Shown one piece after another: positions 26,901-35,900 of a stretch of DNA of 64,000 bases (positions within the stretch are counted from its first letter, which is position 1; each line of letters opens with the position of its first letter). Origin of the DNA: Aplysia californica (lineage: Eukaryota); NCBI RefSeq assembly GCF_000002075.1, contig NW_004797517.1, positions 17,737 to 81,736 of the forward strand. The letters are read 5' to 3'. Made by a program: the position numbers and the translations under genes. The notes below the pieces were generated by a model. The model worked only from the letters and a program-made list of their open reading frames with translations, was not told the DNA's origin and ran no database searches.

Positions 26901-29900
26901 CTAAAAACATCAGACCCCTTTAATGCTTTGCATAATTGTTTTACGTTTTTTTGGCAACTGTATGTCTATAATAGTATAGTACCCATTACAGTTTCATGAT
27001 GGCTTGTATGTGCCCACATTATATTGATAGTTCAGTTTTGGTGATTTTCCAATATATTGTTACATTAGTTTTTCTTAATTGCCTCCGTTTATGCCTTGCA
27101 CAGGCGGTGTCACTTAGTTGGCGGTCTGTAACAGCTGTGTTGTATCTTTGATTTCTTTCTGGGTGTATCTTTACGTCTTTTTAAATTTCTAAATTTGATT
27201 GTTTTCTTGGGGGGTTTTTTCATCGTTGAACATTTTGTTTTCGCGCATCCATTTTTTCACTTTTTCTGCATTCTCACCTGTAATTCAAGAAGGGTTTTTA
27301 TTATGTTCTGTTGGTTTTTGTGTAGGTTATGTGACCTTTATTGACCTATATGACTTATTATCTCTTGCCAGTTCGACAGAGTGATAAGAGAATTGCATGT
27401 GAAGAAGAGTTCTCTGACAGTGAAGACGAAGATGGGGGTGGCCGAAAAGACAAGAGGGACCACAAGAAAAAGCGACAGAAAACAGAGGCAGATGACAAAA
27501 AAGATGGGGAGAAAGGTAATTGTTGAAACTTTTAAAGATTCTTTCTTATTTCTACAAAAGCCTGTACTGTTCATATGTTTTTTAACTTTCTTGTTCTCAA
27601 CAACACCTGCTGTAATTTTTAGCTATAATAATAATAGTAGATAGCATTTGTATAGCGCAAACCCCTGCTCAACAGCAAGCTCTGTGCGCTTCACAGTCTA
27701 TACCAGCTATCATGTAGCATTTTTGCTTCAGTTTTTTGCTTAGGTGAGTCTTTCATCTTTTTTAGAGATCAGGGAAGACTGAATGTCCTTCTTGTAGATT
27801 TTTAATTGTGATAGAGATATATGTCTCACCAATATACATTTTATTGTTCATGACACTGGTGCTGCCTGTAAGTGAAACAGACCTTTTCATGCAAAATCGC
27901 CCGCCCAATAGTGATAATATATTGCGAGAAGTAATAATGTTCTTTATTTGGTATTATTCAGGCATGCCACTTATCCCGATTTAATCCACACTCCAAACAC
28001 CACCAACAAAAAACTATTCCCTATATTAAAAAAATATATATCTTTTCTTCATTCTGTGAAAATTTCATGAAGATTGGAGTAGACCTGCATGTTTGCCGAC
28101 AATCGTCTGAAATCCGACAATCTCGACCCGACCCGCGAACCGGCCGATGCTATCGCAAGGCCCACCTGTATCAGTCAGTGTGCGTAGTGCGAGACCTGGC
28201 CGACTGCCAGCGACCCCTTTTTCTCCCGTCGGCTTCGTCGGCACTTTCGTTTTCGTGCCGACCGCCAACGCGCGCACCGCCGACTGCCGGCTTCGGCGTT
28301 TCCGACATAATTGTCGGAACCTAAAAGTAGAAATGCGAATACGAAAAAGGACGACAACCTAAATTATCTACTTTAAGTTTTGTGCTCGAGCGGCCATTTT
28401 GAATTTCGTTTGTTGACTAATTCAATTGTTCAGATCGTGTGGATGAACATTCAAGTCCGACTCTCTTGTTCTAATAGAATCTAGATCTAGATTTATGTAG
28501 ATCATTATAGACCTCAATGGAGGATTCATATTCCAATTCTATTGTGTCAAACCCTATCATAGGTTGAGCTGTAATATTAATATGGTAAAAATAAGCATTT
28601 CATCAGGTGCGTGAATTATTTATTTTTTAGATCTAGAATCTAGACTCAGCTGAGTCCCTCTGTTCGGAATTGGATGCGGATTTCTAGTTCAAGGCCTATT
28701 CCTATTCACTTGTTTTACAAGATCTAGATCTAGATCTAAATTTAGATTACTAGATCTAGATCTAGATCTATATGGAGGATTCATATAAATATTCCAATTC
28801 TATTGAGTTATTGTATCAAACCCTATTATAGCAATGTAGATGTAAGCCATATAGATCTAGATCTAGATCTATATGCTCCTTGTTTGTTTTGGAGTGTGGT
28901 TTTTTAATTTTAATGTTTGTTTCATTTAGAACTTGTTTTGGCCTTTTTACATGAGGCCCGTTGCAGATTCTTTTTGGAGGTAGGGTTAGGGTTAGGTCTC
29001 TTCTTTATTATGTTTGTTGGGGTGGTCGCTCGTTACTTGGATGTCCTTCCTTATGACACCCACAAAGGCTTTTGGGGGGGGGGGTGCAAAATTTTCAGAC
29101 AATCTGGTTGAGGCTCACATGCAGGTCTAATTGGATGAAAAATGAAAATGGTGGATTTATTTAACCCTATCCGTACGACGTGTTTTACTATCGTATCCAT
29201 ACGACGTTTGGCACTCTGTGTCACCACTTTCCAAAGAGGAAATTACTCGTCAATCCGATCCGTACACTTTGCATAGCGGTCTGTCAAAATGATTCTTTGA
29301 GAAATACTGAAAGTTGCAAAGAGATCTTCGTACTAGAAGTATTGTAAAATGTGAAGAATACAATCCCGGGGGTATAAAAGGACCCTAAGGTGTACGGATA
29401 GGGTTAAAAAAGTATACAGAAAAATCACGTTTCGAGAAAACGTGTGATAAAGAAAAATAAAAGTATGACTTTATGAGAAAATGGTGGTGACGAACATGCC
29501 CGGTATGGGAAGAAATAGGCTTTATGGGGTTCTTATGCGATGAAATAGTTGTAAGAGAGGCTGAAGAAGCTAAAAAAATGCCTACAACTTAAAATCCATA
29601 GTTTTGAGCGGAATAGGGGCTTGGGATGTAGCAGCAGTTTAGCATTTTCAATTGCGACATACAAATGATTATTCGTAGTTCTGCTGTTACTTTCAAAACA
29701 AGCTTTGTCCGAGTTCTGGTTAGTCGGGCCAGTCATCAAGACCCTTCAGTAAAACTGTTTCAATTGTGCGTTCACATCACGTGAGTTCCGCGTGTGCCTG
29801 GGACTGTCTGTTGGTGGGGTCATCTGAAGTTCGTGCACACTGGATGAAGCATCTTTCGGGACTTTTTAGGGGGGGGGGGGGTAGACACTTGGGCTGTAAG

Positions 29901-32900
29901 TTCTTTATGTGATACTCCAGGATTTAATAAATAATAATAAAACACATACACGCACACACACCGGGGTTATATATGGATAATTTATAGGCACCCCAGGAAA
30001 ATTTGTATTCAGTTGGCAGTCACCGTGGTGATTTGTCCTTGATCCCGTTGTTTTTTTTTCTGCCCATGAGATATTGATTTTTAATTTCTTAGAGTGGCAG
30101 GTCTGTATTATTGAATTTTAAGATTGCCAGATTAAGATTTGATCATTTCCTGAGAAAATACTTCGGGTAAAAAAAAAAAGAGAAGATAGGAGATGAAAGC
30201 AATTTAGGAACACTGGCCTTGGAATGTGTTTTATCTGAAAATGATTTTCTCTGGGGAGGCCCCAGCCATTGACATGGTATTAGACTCTGTACAAAATTTC
30301 CCCAAAACATCTTTTCCTTATTATATCTGACTGTCTTGCATCGCCTCACTCGCAAACTACATACCCATACACCCAAAAATAGGTTGCAACAAAAAATACA
30401 CCCTTTGACTGAAACCAGGAAAAGTATTGTGTTCGCATGGCTACCAAGCTATGTGGGCATCTGAGGAAACAAGCAGGTCGATCTCCTGGTAAAGGATTCC
30501 CTGTCCCTTCAGTTAGGATCAACAAAGAATTCTCTCCCACAGACTGACTTTAAAAATCAAGTAAAAAAATCAGTCTGTGGGAGACACTGGGGGGAGCAAA
30601 CAAAACACCTCACATCATGCCCAAACTGGGCCCATGAAAACCTTTGGGCCACCACAGAAGAAACAAAATCATTTTAATTTTACTCTATTACGTATCGGAC
30701 ACACCTCCCTGACACATAAATACTGTTCTGTGTCGGTTGCGACACTGATTTCACCATTAGACACGTCTTAACCGAATGTCCAGACTTTGGAGAGACCTGA
30801 AGGAAGTATTTTAAATGCACAAAATTAAAAGATCTGTGCTCTGCTGTTGATCCCAACAGAATTCTTGATTTTATACGGGTATTTTGTAAACTATAAGGAG
30901 CTTGATTTTCAAGGTCGAGAAGGTAAGAGATTTATCTTTCCCTCACTTTAGTACTAGGAAACACTTGTTACATGTACCACGGAACAATTTCAAATCCACG
31001 TTCTTTTCCTCTCTCTTCTTTTCCATGCATCGCAAATTACCTTAAGCCGAAATCTGCTTAACACTTATAGTTCTGTTGTACTTGTGTTACCAGGGTTTTA
31101 ATGTATATATTTGTTCGTCAATTTTTTCTCAGATAAGAAAGAAGAAAAAGAAGTAAAGAAAGAGGCACCCGAAGTAAAGGAGGAAGCCAAGACATCCCAA
31201 GAGAAGTGAGTGGTTAACATTTGATATTATTGTGCAGTGTATGAAAAAGTGATGCTGAGGAAAAAGAGAAACATTTAAAGAATATTCTTTCAGCTTTTTC
31301 TATTCTGAGTGCAGAATGCAGTAATAACAATTTGCAAATTATGATTTTGAAGTTCAGTCTGAAATATTAAATGAGACACTTGGTGACATTCCCAAATCAA
31401 ATTATTTCAATTTGTTTGTAAATATTTTTTTGCAGAAAAACTAGAAAAGAGAAATGTATATCTAGCTGTGGTGTCTGCACTCAAGATAGGCTATTGAGAT
31501 TGAAGTACTGATGCTGAATATGCTCTTGTGAACATATATTTGAAAGTTTTCATTCCATGCTTTACTGAGAGAGACAAGCAAATCTGAAGTTATCGTCATT
31601 TTCTCTCTATTAGGGATGACAAAGCAGCAGCACCCACAGAAAAGAAAGGTGAATTTTTGTTTATATGGCTTTGTTAGAACAACGTGTTCTTCTTCGGTCA
31701 AAGATATTCTCATTATGTCTGTCTTCTCTCCACTTTACCAATATATGTGTCTCAACGTAGTGAAAGCGGGTGCTTGTCAAAATAATGAACTCTCAAGAAA
31801 TCTGCATTTTCTCACCTGTTTGGCAAATTTTAGAACCCCCCCCCCACACACACACACACGTTTATGTACATTTATATACAGTATTTTTATTTTGTAAATA
31901 TATGCATTTATTTTCTTATTTTATGGAATCCTTGACAATCTTCTTTTAGCGTATTCTCAAAATGCAGCTCAGTTTCGACTTTTACAAAGTTTTTGTGCTT
32001 ACTCACAAGCATCTCGGACAAATTAATTTTATCACATGATGCGCCCCCCCCCCCCCCAATAGACCCACCTCTTCGTGGTGGGGGGATTAGTAATCTTCGA
32101 ATAGGAAAAGAAAAAGAGGAAGCTAACGGGTCAAGAGGTGACCCCGAAAAGAGACATATTACTTTACTATGTTTTTTACTCTTTCGATTTATTGTCTTTA
32201 TTGTTTTACTTTATTACATGTATTAACTTTTCTTTTCTCCTCTCTCCATCGACAACTTTTCTTTGACCTGGAGTTGGGACGGGTATTGGTGGGGTGGAAA
32301 GCAGAGGTTCATTATCAGCACTGTACTGGATGTGACTTTACGTAGGGAATACCCAGCTACATTCATTTATTAAGCATGCACTTATCGGAGAGCCGTATGA
32401 CTGCGGAGAAGGTGCAGAGACCATTTGCGTCTTGCTTGTTGACAACATTAACCCTCTGGGATCTGCCATACCTACCCCTGCCCCTATCTCTCGGATGAGA
32501 GGACTTGGTCGCTCTGGTAGGAGGGGGGAAATCTAGCTTCCAATTGGTATTATTACTATTAGTATTATTATTATTATATTATAATTTTTGTATTTCAGCA
32601 ACACACAGCATCTATGCTCTTAATAGCGTCTTTCTCTTCTTTATCTCCTCAAACAACTCCTCAATATAATACAACAGACACCAACATACCCATTCATTTT
32701 TCTTACAATCTCTCTGTGATGGAGTTGGGTTTTTGTTTGTGGCATTGCACCTACAGCCACTGCTTTATCTCCTAACCCGGGATGGAAGGAAAATCACAGA
32801 ACCACCAGTTTTAGATGCTATTCACAAATGATAGAATCCCATACGCAACTATTACCGAATGGCATCATGCAGAAGAGTTAACGCTCAGATGCTACTGGAT

Positions 32901-35900
32901 CGCTAACAACAACATCACATGATGTCTGGATTTGACAGTGAACAGAAAAGAATGTAGTAAATGCTAGTGCTCTTGATGACAAGGTGTTCTTGAGGTAGTT
33001 AGCCTAGGTGCATCTGTTTTGGATTCCATCAACTGAAGAAGAATGATATTGAACTAATGTGTGTGTGTGAGAGTGAACTGAAGGATAGTGGTTGTTCTAT
33101 TAACTGATTCCGTCCATTCGGCCGCTGACAGCGGCTCCGAGTTTTTCCGCTGCCTCCACTCGGCTGCTGTGAGCGGCTCAACGAAATCCGAAACAAATGT
33201 GCACTTTTTAACATAGTTCCTACTTTTTAAGTTGTCGAAAGGAAGTAGAACTTGTAAACAAACCTGACCTCAATCTCTGAGCGCCAATATCAATTGAAAC
33301 TCCGCGAAATTCTTGCAAAAATCATTGTTTTGTTGTTGCGATGTAGGCTAGATTTAAGGGTAAATAACACGGAGCCTGGTGTAACAAAAAGGCCCTTCAA
33401 AGAAAGATATTCAACTAAATTTGTGAAATTCTAGCATAAATGTGTGCTAGGGTGATATCGCTACAATTTTGTGTTGATTCCTATGGATTATAAGGACTTG
33501 TAGAGCTGAGAAAATGCGTAAGTCGAAATTTTCTAAGAGGTGTTGCGCAATTTTTTTCCCTCATTCGTTTTTGTCTGACAGAAAATACAATACAAACAGA
33601 TTATAGGTCATTGTGATTGATATAAATAGATCCCTCTATTGATTCCCATCACTTTGGTATATGCAATACCTATTAGAGTAACTTAGAGCTTCACAGTAAT
33701 GCATTGAATAGATGTACCCCAGGTCTAAAACTGAACAAGGAAAAATAATTCTGTCCAGAGCCTGAAAAAATCATGGACGGAATCAGTTAAAAGTGTTGAA
33801 AAGTCCCCATAAATGAAAGTGGCTTCAGACTAGTTGATGCTCTGGCTTTTATGTGTGTTAAGACTCAGATGAAATCTGTCCTCTCATTGTACAGGATGGA
33901 CTAGTTTCCCCCAAATCTTGATCAATTTATAGATGATAATATGATGTTTTCGGTACCACTAACTCATTCAGTGCTACTGATGAGAATTCTTGCTCAGCTG
34001 GTTCTTGCCTGTGTGTATTTGATGAGTATGCTTGCAAAACCCACATTGTCCCTTTATGTAGCAAGAACCATGAAATTTTTTTTTGCTTTAAAGCCAACAA
34101 AACAATGTGCATATGATAGCCTTATCTCTGCTGAGTAACACAGTTTTTGAATTTTGACAATTCGTTCATAAATTAAAAAATTATGATTTTTAATGAATTT
34201 TTTTGTGGGGTGACTCTCATATAAGGAAAAAATCCCAAAGCACGGTCCACATTAATTTGGGGTGTTTTGAGGCATTTTTTATCAAAAATTCCGTAGTAAA
34301 CGGAATACATGAATGAAACTTGGCAGCATATTGTAGTTTTTCCTGCAGAACCTATAAAGATATTTGATGTATCTGCAGTAGTTTTTACAATTTCAGGGGA
34401 AATGTGTAAAAAAATTCATAGAAATTTTAGGCCAAGGACTTGCGGCCAACATTCAAACTCCTGCAACTTTCTTTTAAAAAAAATATATACAGTAGTCTCT
34501 GCCTAAGATCCCGGTGCTTGGGAGCAAGGAAATGCGGGATCTTAGGCGAACCGGGATCTTAACCGACGAACCCAGGGAAGAATCTATGGTGACCCATGTT
34601 AAGGCTCACAATCAGTAAAATGGTCTCCCTCCACTCTACAATGAACTGACATGCCCCCTTGGTGGGTTTATGACATATGGCGAGCAAAGAGTGGTTAACC
34701 TTGATGACCTATCACGGTGCATAGTGGCATTATCCTATCATGAGTCTCAAGATCTACGCTTATCCAGTTGCCCCTCCTCTTTACCTGTCAAAAATGTATA
34801 GCTTTCCATCTCTGACCGAGTCTTCCCCCCCCCTCCAAACCGCCTTTGTCGTTACACACCGTTACGTTGTGAACGCACCAATTAAAATTCAGTCTGTGTC
34901 GCAAATTCATACGGGAGTAGAGACAACTGCTGCAATGGTCAAGGAAGAGTTCACGGTTCGATGTGATCCCGCCTGGAGCGAACGTGTAGGCCCTACCCAC
35001 CCAGCGAGTGATGCAAGTTTAGGTGGCGAGCTCAGGTGTGAGTGCGATGCGTCGGGAAAACAAACGTGTCGGTCAGTTCACACCCCGGTGTGATCCCGTC
35101 TGGGGCAAACATTGCATCGCTTCATCGAGTTTTACAACGTGTATGTGATCACATTCACGATAGTGGCTGATCTTTGACGCGACGGACAGTTTATTGATCT
35201 CAACTTTCCAATCTTGGTTGATCAGCTGTGCCCGCCCGGGTTTTTGTTTTGCAAATTATGATCTGAAAAGCGGGATCTTAGCCGAATGTAGACCATCAGA
35301 CCGGGATCTTAGGGGTGACTTTCGTATAGTAAAAATTCTGTTTTCCTAAAACAACGGGATCTTAAGCGAACCGGGATCGTAAGCGGTGGGATCTTAGGCG
35401 GAGACTACTGTACCTACGAAACTTTGCTATCTTTTGTATTTTTTTCCTGCAGATTCCAAATCTGCTGTTATTTTTTTTGTATGAAAGGCTCTTTTATCAC
35501 TGTGAGCGAAAATGTTGAAAAGGTACCCTGGGTACTAAAATGGGATATCCATTAACTTTTCTTGCAATATTTTTGTGTATAATTCAGGGTGTCCAGCAAT
35601 ATTTCCTGAAAAAATTTAACTACCTGGAAAAAAAATTTACTACCCAGCAAATCAAGCCCCACACCAGCTCGAAAAAGGGAGTTAATTTGTGCCATCAATA
35701 ACATATATATTATTATTATTACATAACATATGGAACGAAAAGAACACACAACAAAGTCCAGTCGACAAAATGGAGGATAGACAGACGATCGCAAGCTTGC
35801 TTGCAGCTAGATTTAGTTTTAGTAAGGTTTTTACAGCGCTCGCAACTGCATAGGTGATATGAGCGACAAGGGGTGGATGTCAACAGAGAAGTCCAAACGA

